Positions 39,850 to 52,776 of a stretch of 64,000 nt of DNA are shown in pieces. Below the pieces are notes generated by a model, which saw nothing but the letters and a program-made list of their open reading frames with translations, was not told where the DNA came from and ran no database searches. Location of the stretch: positions 42,720,001 through 42,784,000 of the forward strand of contig OZ249436.1 of the NCBI GenBank assembly GCA_965235115.1, written 5' to 3'. The stretch comes from Laetmonice hystrix. Taxonomy: Eukaryota. Position 1 is the first letter of the stretch, and every line of letters begins with the position of its first letter. The translations under genes and the position numbers were made by a program.

Positions 39850-40820
39850 TAGGCCATAAAGGACTCATAGTAAGGCGTCGGGTGAAGGTGAATTTGGCCA
39901 AGTTTCAAGCAATTTTTCTGCCCCTTACACTTTTTGTGCTAACTTCTTTTTTGGCACACCCCTTCATTATGTCCTTGAAGGGGGGCTGGTTACACTCCGA
40001 TGTTCCTCCAAGCCGTCAAGGGCTCACAGTAAAGGGTCGGGTTTACGTAAATTTGCCCATATTGGTTACAGTATTGGCGGAAAAGGCCAAGTTTGGGGCA
40101 ATTTTTCGGCCCCTTACACTTTTTGTGTCAACTTCCTTTTTGGCACACCCCGTCATCATGTCCTGGAAGGGGGGCTGGTTACACTCCGATGTTCCTCCAG
40201 GCCGTAAAGGGCTCATAGTAAGGGGTCGGGTCAAGGTAAATTTCCCCATATTGCTTAGAGTATGGGCGGAGAAGGCCTAGTTTGGGGCAATTTTTCGGCC
40301 CCTTACACTTTTTGTGCCAACTTCTTTTTCCGTACACCCCTTTATTATGTCCTGGAAAAGGGGCTAGTTATACTCCGATGTTCCTCCAGGCCGTAACGGG
40401 CTCACAGTAAGGCGTCCGGTGGAGGTGAATTTCCCTATATTGGTTATAGTATGGGCGGAGAAGGCAAAGTTTGGGACAATTTTTTGGCTCCTTACACTTT
40501 TTGTTTAAACTTCCTTTTTGGCACACCCCTTCATTATGTCCTGGAAGGGGGACTGGTTACACTCCGATGTTCCTCCAGGCCGGAAAGGGCTCACAGCAAG
40601 GCGTCGGGTGGAGATGAATCCCTATGTTGGCTATACAGTATCGGCGGGGAAGGCCAAGTTTGGGGCACTTTTTCGGCCCCTTACACTTTTTGTGCCAACT
40701 TCTGTTTTGGCACACTCCTTCATTATATCCTGGAAGGGGGGCTGGTTACACTCCGATGTTCCTCCAGGCCGTAAAGGGCTCAAAGTAAGGCGTCGGGTGG
40801 AGGTGAATTTGACCAAGTTT
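39850..40820. repeat. 189-bp satellite, about 5 copies
   Basis: CCTTACACTTTTTG recurs at 39923, 40112, 40301, 40490 and 40679. Confidence 0.95.
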
Positions 40821-40897
40821 CGTTCCTTTTCTCTCTCCCCTTTTGCCCCCTTTCCCCCCTCTTTCCCCCCTTTCGTACAGTCCTTTATCCCCCAGCT

Positions 40898-40964
40898 TTA
40901 GCTCAGTCGGTAGAGCATCAGACTTTTAATCTGAGGGTCGCGGGTTCGAGTCCCTCATCGGGCG
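40898..40964 (+). pseudogene. 5'-truncated tRNA-Lys(TTT) at the array's left edge
   Basis: Identical to the other copies from TTAGCTCAG onward, but the 5' acceptor strand GCCCGG is replaced by CCAGCT. Confidence 0.85.
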
Positions 40965-41481
40965 TCTTCTCATTTTGGAACATCAAGCGGGTCACACATT
41001 CCTTCCAAGACGAGCACTGCAGTGATTGCTGAAACAGACCATAGACAGACGTCAATATCTTGATGTCAAGCTGCTTGACATTGAGACCACCATGACAGTC
41101 GCCTTCACCAGGCATGGGCCCGGTGGCGCCGCTAAGTGGGGTGGCAGTGGGGAACAAAGAGAAATTTCGGATTCTCAGTGTTGACACTCTTTAATTTACA
41201 CTCTTCAGCGTGACGGGCCCATCACGTCTGGCTGATGCGATTTTTCGTGTACGCCCACAGACTGGCCGTTCTGCGTCTGGGCCCGCCTATAGGCCTACCT
41301 CCTGGCAGCAAGGGACACAGCTTTTATCAGTCTGTGACGGGTATAGGCCCCTAGATATAGTCTATAAACTCCTATTGGTGTTCTCACGCCTCCTCTGACA
41401 TGAATAAAATGGATATTGCCTGGGAGACTAGTTTAGGCAGAGGTGTCTGTTAGACAAGACAGGATTCATTGATTGGTTCAT

Positions 41482-41647
41482 CAGGGGATAGCGCGAACGC
41501 AGTCCCCTACTAACAAAAATTGCGCACCCGAGTCATCCACATTTGGGATGATCGCACGCGTCAACCCTACCGTACTGTGCAATGGAAGGGCCTCAACATG
41601 GAACAACCGCCTGCTCGATCACGGTTTATTCTGTGCCAGGTAAGTAT
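41482..41647 (-). ncRNA. RNU1: U1 snRNA (variant), copy 1
   Basis: 166 nt: 5' ATACTTACCTGG, SL1 with GATC loop, SL2 loop ATTGCAC, SL3 CCCAAATGTGG, Sm site AATTTTTG, SL4 GGGGACTGCGTTCGCGCTATCCCC. Confidence 0.95.
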
Positions 41648-42463
41648 GTTTGTGACACGTGACCATCTGAGGCCTATCAATTCCGTCGTACATCTAAACT
41701 GGTGTTTTCGCTGTAACCGGGGAGTTACCGTATCTACAGGCGGGTATTGTAAACATCTCAATTGGTCATTTATAATGATGTAAACCTGTTATCATTATTA
41801 ATGTTTAGATTCAACTTTTGGTCAAAAGGAAGTTTACAAAACCTAGATTATATCGGAGAAGAAATCTCTGTAACGTAAATTACCAACTTGTCATCGGGTG
41901 AGTTTATCTAGGACGCCACCTACCGGAAAGTAAGTAGGCCTACATTGCCCATCTGAAGACTTAGTTTATGAATAACCTGGACAAAGGTTCACCAAGCCAG
42001 ACACCCACCCACAAAATCTAGAATATTTCTCTCTGTCTAAAAAACAGTAGAGAGCTGGATTTTAGTTGTATTCCTGGTAGCATAAATGTCATAAATTCTG
42101 GTTAGAAAAGTCAATGCGAGGACCGTTGGGCAGTAGCCCTAGAAGGGGCGGGGCTTGTTGCCAAGAAAAATACCTATGGACCGTATGACGTGATGCACGT
42201 TTTGGCGGGACCAGTGACCCCTAAATTGCATTCTATCCCCCATGGCCGAGAATGGGCGACTCGTAGAAATCCTGTTCCGCATGGTGGCAGCACTGTCGCA
42301 CCGGTCCACGCTCCAACAACGTAGCGCAAGACTAGATAGGGTGACGAAATGCTCGTCTATAGCTCTATGTCCGGATGCGTTACAACTTTTTTTCTGCAAG
42401 ATAACAGTGTGTAGGACTTCTTGAACTCATAGAACCGTTAAATGTTACTATATTTCATCATAA

Positions 42464-43728
42464 CTAGACACGTTGTGGCGATACCACAATTGATCCCATC
42501 CCCGGGGAGTCACGTAATATATGACATGTTCTGAGTAGGGTAAACTATGCTTCAATCTGGTGCAGTTAATGACTTATAAGATTTAGAAGATGTCAATGAC
42601 GTAATTATGAGGTGGCACGACAGGCTACGTAATAAATCTTGGTCTCAAATGAAAGAGCATGTATATCTTCCTATTAGTGTTTAAGAGTAACTATAGCCCT
42701 AACTTCTACCATTTACAAGTTATAGCCCTGAGAAAAATACCTATGACACCTTATGAAGTAATGGGTCACGTCACGTAAAAATTGTCAAGTGAAAGATCAT
42801 ATATGACTTCCTATTAGTGTTTAATATTAACTATGTCTCTAACGCCAACCATGCTAAAACATAGACATCCTTCTGACGCTATAGACCTAAAAAATAATGG
42901 TGTCGAAGGATAGAGCGCTAAGTATAGCTCTTTCTGGAATGGCTTAAAACTTAGAAGCCTTGGAAGATGCCAATGATGTAATCCAAGAGGACATACACCT
43001 TTATACAGTTCATGAACAATTAAGGCTTTGTCTTAAATCTTTCAAGCGTTACACCCAGGACTCTTCCAAATGACCCAACTTCAAAACTTCAAAGTCACGT
43101 GGTTCGGCGAAAATAGGCTAAATCCTTAAAAAAAATGGTGCCAAACGAAAGAACATATGACTTCCTATTTGTCTACAATAGTAAACATGGCCCTTAATGG
43201 CCCTCATTTTCGAGTTATAGCCATAAATATCTAAACTAGGCACTGTTCACAAATTCAGCGTCACGTGACTCAGCGGAAATAGGTCAAATCGATTATCCCT
43301 TAAATAACTTTTGAGGAGCTCTTGTTGGAGAGTCCTTCTGCCCAATATTGTCAAATTTTACCAAAAAATGAGGAAGGAGTAGTGATTTAACCGATTTACG
43401 ACCTAGGACCCAGTTCTCCCTCAGGTCAAAGGTCAAAGGTCAAATGGAGGGTTAGTCTTAGGCAAGACCCTTGCCTCATCAAAACTCCATGATAGATATT
43501 CTAAATTCCCAATATGAACTTTAAAAATGGCCACCAAAGTCCCAAAAATTTGACGTCATGACGTGACGCACACGATGTAAGGACTCAGTGTCTGAAAAGA
43601 CTTCGTCATGGTCAGATTGCGTACCAAGTTTGGTTGAGATATCTGGAAAAACAACCGAGTTATGACATAGTGTTTACAACGGTTAACAACTACAATTTCA
43701 AAATCCCATCCCCTCCGTGATGATGGGA
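42464..43728 (-). mobile_element. Non-autonomous Helitron/Helentron-like element, 1265 bp, unit 1
   Basis: Minus strand reads A|TCCCATC...CTAG|T. 3' hairpin TTGTGG-TATCG-CCACAA lies 5 nt before CTAG. 5' stem-loop TCCCATC/GATGGGA plus a subterminal copy. Absent from the unit at about 58968. Confidence 0.8.
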
Positions 43729-43893
43729 TAATTACAGCTACGGATCCTTGCACATAGTAACTTCGTCATAGACTACATTGAAAGCTGCCCCAGTGAAAAT
43801 CGCTACATATTCCCTAACAACCCCTTTTCATCGAATTGCGTCCTTGCAAGGTGATTCCTCCCATGCTTTGTAGAAGCAGCACAGTAAAATATT

Positions 43894-43966
43894 CGCCCAA
43901 TGTGGGGCTCGAACCCACGACCCTGGGATTAAGAGTCCCATGCTCTACCGACTGAGCTAACCGGGC
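43894..43966 (-). tRNA. tRNA-Lys(CTT)
   Basis: GCCCGGTTAGCTCAGTCGGTAGAGCATGGGACTCTTAATCCCAGGGTCGTGGGTTCGAGCCCCACATTGGGCG; full cloverleaf, downstream TTTT. Confidence 0.96.
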
Positions 43967-44360
43967 TAACATACTTTCCTGTTTTCTTTGTTTTTACAAT
44001 TTAACTCTTCATGAAATCAAAGAAGAATATGACGGTGACGGCGAATGCGAAGGATCGGAATACTTTCTTTGACATACAGGAAGCCAAATCTACAACCAAA
44101 TATTCCATTTAGGGCTACATGTTACTCCTTCGTGGACTAGCCGTCTCAGGCGTTCACCATGGGTCCGATGTTGCCACATTTCGTCCACGGCGCGATCGCC
44201 GCGCCACATGGTGGTAGCTAGATTTCTCAGTAGACAGTTCTAAGTTGGGTTTAGACATTTTAAAATCAAAATGGCAGAGGACAAAAAGTCCAAAAAGTGA
44301 ATGGCGGGACCGAATGACAGCCTTCTTCAAAGTACATTCATAAAATGCTTCACATGTAGA

Positions 44361-44433
44361 GCCCGGTTAGCTCAGTCGGTAGAGCATCAGACTTTTAATC
44401 TGAGGGTCGCGGGTTCGAGTCCCTCATCGGGCG
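44361..44433 (+). tRNA. tRNA-Lys(TTT)
   Basis: GCCCGGTTAGCTCAGTCGGTAGAGCATCAGACTTTTAATCTGAGGGTCGCGGGTTCGAGTCCCTCATCGGGCG; one C:T mismatch in the T-stem. Confidence 0.93.
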
Positions 44434-44950
44434 TCTTCTCATTTTGGAACATCAAGCGGGTCACACATTCCTTCCAAGACGAGCACTGCAGTGATTGCTG
44501 AAACAGACCATAGACAGACGTCAATATCTTGATGTCAAGCTGCTTGACATTGAGACGACCATGACAGTCGCCTTCACCAGGCATGGGCCCGGTGGCGCCG
44601 CTAAGTGGGGTGGCAGTGGGGAACAAAGAGAAATTTCGGATTCTCAGTGTTGACACTCTTTAATTTACACTCTTCAGCGTGACGGGCCCATCACGTCTGG
44701 CTGATGCGATTTTTCGTGTACGCCCACAGACTGGCCGTTCTGCGTCTGGGCCCGCCTATAGGCCTACCTCCTGGCAGCAAGGGACACTGCTTTTATCAGT
44801 CTGTGACGGGTATAGGCCCCTAGATATAGTCTATAAACTCCTATTGGTGTTCTCACGCCTCCTCCGACATGAATAAAATGGATATTGCCTGGGAGACTAG
44901 TTTAGGCAGAGGTGTCTGTTAGACAAGACAGGATTCATTGATTGGTTTAT

Positions 44951-45116
44951 CAGGGGATAGCGCGAACGCAGTCCCCTACTAACAAAAATTGCGCACCCGA
45001 GTCATCCACATTTGGGATGATCGCACGCGTCAACCCTACCGTACTGTGCAATGGAAGGGCCTCAACATGGAACAACCGCCTGCTCGATCACGGTTTATTC
45101 TGTGCCAGGTAAGTAT
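44951..45116 (-). ncRNA. RNU1: U1 snRNA (variant), copy 2
   Basis: Same sequence as copy 1, offset 3469. Confidence 0.95.
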
Positions 45117-45932
45117 GTTTGTGACACGTGAACATCTGAGGCCTATCAATTCCGTCGTACATCTAAACTGGTGTTTTCGCTGTAACCGGGGAGTTACCGT
45201 ATCTACAGGCGGGTATTGTAAACATCTCAATTGGTCATTTATAATGATGTAAACCTGTTATCATTATTAATGTTTAGATTCAACTTTTGGTCAAAAGGAA
45301 GTTTACAAAACCTAGATTATATCGGAGAAGAAATCTCTGTAACGTAAATTACCAACTTGTCATCGGGTGAGTTTATCTAGGACGCCACCTACCGGAAAGT
45401 AAGTAGGCCTACATTGCCCATCTGAAGACTTAGTTTATGAATAACCTGGACAAAGGTTCACCAAGCCAGACACCCACCCACAAAATCTAGAATATTTCTC
45501 TCTGTCTAAAAAACAGTAGAGAGCTGGATTTTAGTTGTATTCCTGGTAGCATAAATGTCATAAATTCTGGTTAGAAAAGTCAATGCGAGGACCGTTGGGC
45601 AGTAGCCCTAGAAGGGGCGGGGCTTGTTGCCAAGATAAATACCTATGGACCGTATGACGTGATGCACGTTTTGGCGGGACCAGTGACCCCTAAATTGCAT
45701 TCTATCCCCCATGGCCGAGAATGGGCGACTCGTAGAAATCCTGTTCCGCATGGTGGCAGCACTGTCGCACCGGTCCACGCTCCAACAACGTAGCGCAAGA
45801 CTAGATAGGGTGACGAAATGCTCGTCTATAGCTCTATGTCCGGATGCGTTACAACTTTTTTTCTGCAAGATAACAGTGTGTAGGACTTCTTGAACTCATA
45901 GAACCGTTAAATGTTACTATATTTCATCATAA

Positions 45933-47197
45933 CTAGACACGTTGTGGCGATACCACAATTGATCCCATCCCCGGGGAGTCACGTAATATATGACATGTTC
46001 TGAGTAGGGTAAACTATGCTTCAATCTGGTGCAGTTAATGACTTATAAGATTTAGAAGATGTCAATGACGTAATTATGAGGTGGCACGACAGGCTACGTA
46101 ATAAATCTTGGTCTCAAATGAAAGAGCATGTATATCTTCCTATTAGTGTTTAAGAGTAACTATAGCCCTAACTTCTACCATTTACAAGTTATAGCCCTGA
46201 GAAAAATACCTATGACACCTTATGAAGTAATGGGTCACGTCACGTAAAAATTGTCAAGTGAAAGATCATATATGACTTCCTATTAGTGTTTAATATTAAC
46301 TATGTCTCTAACGCCAACCATGCTAAAACATAGACATCCTTCTGACGCTATAGACCTAAAAAATAATGGTGTCGAAGGATAGAGCGCTAAGTATAGCTCT
46401 TTCTGGAATGGCTTAAAACTTAGAAGCCTTGGAAGATGCCAATGATGTAATCCAAGAGGACATACACCTTTATACAGTTCATGAACAATTAAGGCTTTGT
46501 CTTAAATCTTTCAAGCGTTACACCCAGGACTCTTCCAAATGACCCAACTTCAAAACTTCAAAGTCACGTGGTTCGGCGAAAATAGGCTAAATCCTTAAAA
46601 AAAATGGTGCCAAACGAAAGAACATATGACTTCCTATTTGTCTACAATAGTAAACATGGCCCTTAATGGCCCTCATTTTCGAGTTATAGCCATAAATATC
46701 TAAACTAGGCACTGTTCACAAATTCAGCGTCACGTGACTCAGCGGAAATAGGTCAAATCGATTATCCCTTAAATAACTTTTGAGGAGCTCTTGTTGGAGA
46801 GTCCTTCTGCCCAATATTGTCAAATTTTACCAAAAAATGAGGAAGGAGTAGTGATTTAACCGATTTACGACCTAGGACCCAGTTCTCCCTCAGGTCAAAG
46901 GTCAAAGGTCAAATGGAGGGTTAGTCTTAGGCAAGACCCTTGCCTCATCAAAACTCCATGATAGATATTCTAAATTCCCAATATGAACTTTAAAAATGGC
47001 CACCAAAGTCCCAAAAATTTGACGTCATGACGTGACGCACACGATGTAAGGACTCAGTGTCTGAAAAGACTTCGTCATGGTCAGATTGCGTACCAAGTTT
47101 GGTTGAGATATCTGGAAAAACAACCGAGTTATGACATAGTGTTTACAACGGTTAACAACTACAATTTCAAAATCCCATCCCCTCCGTGATGATGGGA
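45933..47197 (-). mobile_element. Helitron-like element, unit 2
   Basis: Copy of 42464-43728. Confidence 0.8.
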
Positions 47198-47362
47198 TAA
47201 TTACAGCTACGGATCCTTGCACATAGTAACTTCGTCATAGACTACATTGAAAGCTGCCCCAGTGAAAATCGCTACATATTCCCTAACAACCCCTTTTCAT
47301 CGAATTGCGTCCTTGCAAGGTGATTCCTCCCATGCTTTGTAGAAGCAGCACAGTAAAATATT

Positions 47363-47435
47363 CGCCCAATGTGGGGCTCGAACCCACGACCCTGGGATTA
47401 AGAGTCCCATGCTCTACCGACTGAGCTAACCGGGC
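47363..47435 (-). tRNA. tRNA-Lys(CTT)
   Basis: Same as 43894-43966. Confidence 0.96.
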
Positions 47436-47829
47436 TAACATACTTTCCTGTTTTCTTTGTTTTTACAATTTAACTCTTCATGAAATCAAAGAAGAATATG
47501 ACGGTGACGGCGAATGCGAAGGATCGGAATACTTTCTTTGACATACAGGAAGCCAAATCTACAACCAAATATTCCATTTAGGGCTACATGTTACTCCTTC
47601 GTGGACTAGCCGTCTCAGGCGTTCACCATGGGTCCGATGTTGCCACATTTCGTCCACGGCGCGATCGCCGCGCCACATGGTGGTAGCTAGATTTCTCAGT
47701 AGACAGTTCTAAGTTGGGTTTAGACATTTTAAAATCAAAATGGCAGAGGACAAAAAGTCCAAAAAGTGAATGGCGGGACCGAATGACAGCCTTCTTCAAA
47801 GTACATTCATAAAATGCTTCACATGTAGA

Positions 47830-47902
47830 GCCCGGTTAGCTCAGTCGGTAGAGCATCAGACTTTTAATCTGAGGGTCGCGGGTTCGAGTCCCTCATCGGG
47901 CG
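47830..47902 (+). tRNA. tRNA-Lys(TTT)
   Basis: Same as 44361-44433. Confidence 0.93.
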
Positions 47903-48419
47903 TCTTCTCATTTTGGAACATCAAGCGGGTCACACATTCCTTCCAAGACGAGCACTGCAGTGATTGCTGAAACAGACCATAGACAGACGTCAATATCTTG
48001 ATGTCAAGCTGCTTGACATTGAGACGACCATGACAGTCGCCTTCACCAGGCATGGGCCCGGTGGCGCCGCTAAGTGGGGTGGCAGTGGGGAACAAAGAGA
48101 AATTTCGGATTCTCAGTGTTGACACTCTTTAATTTACACTCTTCAGCGTGACGGGCCCATCACGTCTGGCTGATGCGATTTTTCGTGTACGCCCACAGAC
48201 TGGCCGTTCTGCGTCTGGGCCCGCCTATAGGCCTACCTCCTGGCAGCAAGGGACACTGCTTTTATCAGTCTGTGACGGGTATAGGCCCCTAGATATAGTC
48301 TATAAACTCCTATTGGTGTTCTCACGCCTCCTCCGACATGAATAAAATGGATATTGCCTGGGAGACTAGTTTAGGCAGAGGTGTCTGTTAGACAAGACAG
48401 GATTCATTGATTGGTTTAT

Positions 48420-48585
48420 CAGGGGATAGCGCGAACGCAGTCCCCTACTAACAAAAATTGCGCACCCGAGTCATCCACATTTGGGATGATCGCACGCGTC
48501 AACCCTACCGTACTGTGCAATGGAAGGGCCTCAACATGGAACAACCGCCTGCTCGATCACGGTTTATTCTGTGCCAGGTAAGTAT
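48420..48585 (-). ncRNA. RNU1: U1 snRNA (variant), copy 3
   Basis: Same sequence as copy 1. Confidence 0.95.
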
Positions 48586-49401
48586 GTTTGTGACACGTGA
48601 ACATCTGAGGCCTATCAATTCCGTCGTACATCTAAACTGGTGTTTTCGCTGTAACCGGGGAGTTACCGTATCTACAGGCGGGTATTGTAAACATCTCAAT
48701 TGGTCATTTATAATGATGTAAACCTGTTATCATTATTAATGTTTAGATTCAACTTTTGGTCAAAAGGAAGTTTACAAAACCTAGATTATATCGGAGAAGA
48801 AATCTCTGTAACGTAAATTACCAACTTGTCATCGGGTGAGTTTATCTAGGACGCCACCTACCGGAAAGTAAGTAGGCCTACATTGCCCATCTGAAGACTT
48901 AGTTTATGAATAACCTGGACAAAGGTTCACCAAGCCAGACACCCACCCACAAAATCTAGAATATTTCTCTCTGTCTAAAAAACAGTAGAGAGCTGGATTT
49001 TAGTTGTATTCCTGGTAGCATAAATGTCATAAATTCTGGTTAGAAAAGTCAATGCGAGGACCGTTGGGCAGTAGCCCTAGAAGGGGCGGGGCTTGTTGCC
49101 AAGATAAATACCTATGGACCGTATGACGTGATGCACGTTTTGGCGGGACCAGTGACCCCTAAATTGCATTCTATCCCCCATGGCCGAGAATGGGCGACTC
49201 GTAGAAATCCTGTTCCGCATGGTGGCAGCACTGTCGCACCGGTCCACGCTCCAACAACGTAGCGCAAGACTAGATAGGGTGACGAAATGCTCGTCTATAG
49301 CTCTATGTCCGGATGCGTTACAACTTTTTTTCTGCAAGATAACAGTGTGTAGGACTTCTTGAACTCATAGAACCGTTAAATGTTACTATATTTCATCATA
49401 A

Positions 49402-50667
49402 CTAGACACGTTGTGGCGATACCACAATTGATCCCATCCCCGGGGAGTCACGTAATATATGACATGTTCTGAGTAGGGTAAACTATGCTTCAATCTGGTG
49501 CAGTTAATGACTTATAAGATTTAGAAGATGTCAATGACGTAATTATGAGGTGGCACGACAGGCTACGTAATAAATCTTGGTCTCAAATGAAAGAGCATGT
49601 ATATCTTCCTATTAGTGTTTAAGAGTAACTATAGCCCTAACTTCTACCATTTACAAGTTATAGCCCTGAGAAAAATACCTATGACACCTTATGAAGTAAT
49701 GGGTCACGTCACGTAAAAATTGTCAAGTGAAAGATCATATATGACTTCCTATTAGTGTTTAATATTAACTATGTCTCTAACGCCAACCATGCTAAAACAT
49801 AGACATCCTTCTGACGCTATAGACCTAAAAAATAATGGTGTCGAAGGATAGAGCGCTAAGTATAGCTCTTTCTGGAATGGCTTAAAACTTAGAAGCCTTG
49901 GAAGATGCCAATGATGTAATCCAAGAGGACATACACCTTTATACAGTTCATGAACAATTAAGGCTTTGTCTTAAATCTTTCAAGCGTTACACCCAGGACT
50001 CTTCCAAATGACCCAACTTCAAAACTTCAAAGTCACGTGGTTCGGCGAAAATAGGCTAAATCCTTAAAAAAAAATGGTGCCAAACGAAAGAACATATGAC
50101 TTCCTATTTGTCTACAATAGTAAACATGGCCCTTAATGGCCCTCATTTTCGAGTTATAGCCATAAATATCTAAACTAGGCACTGTTCACAAATTCAGCGT
50201 CACGTGACTCAGCGGAAATAGGTCAAATCGATTATCCCTTAAATAACTTTTGAGGAGCTCTTGTTGGAGAGTCCTTCTGCCCAATATTGTCAAATTTTAC
50301 CAAAAAATGAGGAAGGAGTAGTGATTTAACCGATTTACGACCTAGGACCCAGTTCTCCCTCAGGTCAAAGGTCAAAGGTCAAATGGAGGGTTAGTCTTAG
50401 GCAAGACCCTTGCCTCATCAAAACTCCATGATAGATATTCTAAATTCCCAATATGAACTTTAAAAATGGCCACCAAAGTCCCAAAAATTTGACGTCATGA
50501 CGTGACGCACACGATGTAAGGACTCAGTGTCTGAAAAGACTTCGTCATGGTCAGATTGCGTACCAAGTTTGGTTGAGATATCTGGAAAAACAACCGAGTT
50601 ATGACATAGTGTTTACAACGGTTAACAACTACAATTTCAAAATCCCATCCCCTCCGTGATGATGGGA
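49402..50667 (-). mobile_element. Helitron-like element, unit 3
   Basis: Copy of 42464-43728 with one extra A in a homopolymer. Confidence 0.8.
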
Positions 50668-50832
50668 TAATTACAGCTACGGATCCTTGCACATAGTAAC
50701 TTCGTCATAGACTACATTGAAAGCTGCCCCAGTGAAAATCGCTACATATTCCATAACAACCCCTTTTCATCGAATTGCGTCCTTGCAAGGTGATTCCTCC
50801 CATGCTTTGTAGAAGCAGCACAGTAAAATATT

Positions 50833-50905
50833 CGCCCAATGTGGGGCTCGAACCCACGACCCTGGGATTAAGAGTCCCATGCTCTACCGACTGAGCTAAC
50901 CGGGC
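50833..50905 (-). tRNA. tRNA-Lys(CTT)
   Basis: Same as 43894-43966. Confidence 0.96.
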
Positions 50906-51299
50906 TAACATACTTTCCTGTTTTCTTTGTTTTTACAATTTAACTCTTCATGAAATCAAAGAAGAATATGACGGTGACGGCGAAGGCGAAGGATCGGAAT
51001 ACTTTCTTTGACATACAGGAAGCCAAATCTACAACCAAATATTCCATTTAGGGCTACATGTTACTCCTTCGTGGACTAGCCGTCTCAGGCGTTCACCATG
51101 GGTCCGATGTTGCCACATTTCGTCCACGGCGCGATCGCCGCGCCACATGGTGGTAGCTAGATTTCTCAGTAGACAGTTCTAAGTTGGGTTTAGACATTTT
51201 AAAATCAAAATGGCAGAGGACAAAAAGTCCAAAAAGTGAATGGCGGGACCGAATGACAGCCTTCTTCAAAGTACATTCATAAAATGCTTCACATGTAGA

Positions 51300-51372
51300 G
51301 CCCGGTTAGCTCAGTCGGTAGAGCATCAGACTTTTAATCTGAGGGTCGCGGGTTCGAGTCCCTCATCGGGCG
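51300..51372 (+). tRNA. tRNA-Lys(TTT)
   Basis: Same as 44361-44433. Confidence 0.93.
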
Positions 51373-52229
51373 TCTTCTCTTTTTGGAACATCAAGCGGGT
51401 CACACATTCCTTCCAAGACGAGCACTGCAGTGATTGCTGAAACAGACCATAGACAGACGTCAATATCTTGATGTCAAGCTGCTTGACATTGAGACCACCA
51501 TGACAGTCGCCTTCACCAGGCATGGGCCCGGTGGCGCCGCTAAGTGGGGTGGCAGTGGGGAACAAAGAGAAATTTCGGATTCTCAGTGTTGACACTCTTT
51601 AATTTACACTCTTCAGCGTGACGGGCCCATCACGTCTGGCTGATGCGATTTTTCGTGTACGCCCACAGACTGGCCGTTCTGCGTCTGGGCCCGCCTATAG
51701 GCCTACCTCCTGGCAGCAAGGGACACTGCTTTTATCAGTCTGTGACGGGTATAGGCCCCTAGATATAGTCTATAAACTCCTATTGGTGTTCTCACGCCTC
51801 CTCTGACATGAATAAAATGGATATTGCCTGGGAGACTAGTTTAGGCAGAGGTGTCTGTTAGACAAGACAGGATTCATTGATTGGTTTATCAGGGGATAGC
51901 GCGAACGCAGTCCCCTACTAACAAAAATTGCGCACCCGAGTCATCCACATTTGGGATGATCGCTGAGACTGTCGACACGATGGATTTTCACGCTGATTCT
52001 CTCCAAAAACGAGTAAGTATTCATTTAATCATGGTGAGATAGGTGAGATATTGCAATATATATGCCGTACACACTATATTCGTAGATTAAAACACTGTCC
52101 GTCTCAAAAACAGTGAAAGTATTCGACTTCGAACAGACCATGCTGTCACTGTGTGTCAGTGTCACTGACTGACTGTTTAGACGGCTTGTGGCGCTAACCC
52201 ACGAAGCCTACCCGGAACATCTCCCGGAA

Positions 52230-52292
52230 TCTCTCTGTCTCTGTCTCTCTCTGTCTCTCTCTCTGTCTCTCTCTGTCTCTGTCTCTCCGTCT

Positions 52293-52344
<52 letters not shown>

Positions 52345-52406
52345 CTCTCTCTCCCTCCCTCCCTCTCTCGCTCTCTCTCTCTCTCCCTCTCTCTCCCTCT
52401 CCCTCT

Positions 52407-52460
<54 letters not shown>

Positions 52461-52776
52461 CTCTCTCTCCCTCCCTCCCTCTCTCTCTCTCCCTCTCTCT
52501 CCCCTCCCCCTCTCTCCCCCTCTCCCTCTCTCCCCCTCTCTCCCCCTCTCTCCCCCTCTCTCCCCCTCTCTCCCTCCCTCTCCCTCCCTCCCTCCCTCCC
52601 TCCCTCCCTCCCTCCCTCCCTCCCTCCCTCCCTCCCTCCCTCCCTCCCTCCCTCCCTCCCTCCCTCCCTCCCTCCCTCCCTCCCTCCCTCCCCCTCCCTC
52701 CCTCCCTCCCTCCCTCCCTCCCTCCCTCCCTCCCTCCCTCCCTCCCTCCCTCCCTCCCTCCCTCTCTCTCTCTCTC
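52230..52776. repeat. (CT)n / (CCCT)n polypyrimidine microsatellite
   Basis: Seen directly. Confidence 0.98.

Noticed and set aside
39804..40901. ORFs with repeated KGGWLHSDVPP motif
   Set aside because: The 189-bp unit is a multiple of three by chance; in-frame stops occur and there is no splice or domain support.
41693..41718. U1 proximal sequence element (PSE)
   Set aside because: Right position but only a vague match to PSE consensus sequences I know, so not called.
40918..51806. Recurrent 60-90 aa ORFs in each array unit
   Set aside because: They overlap tRNA/U1 genes or spacers, recur only because the unit is repeated, and several change or break in the diverged unit.
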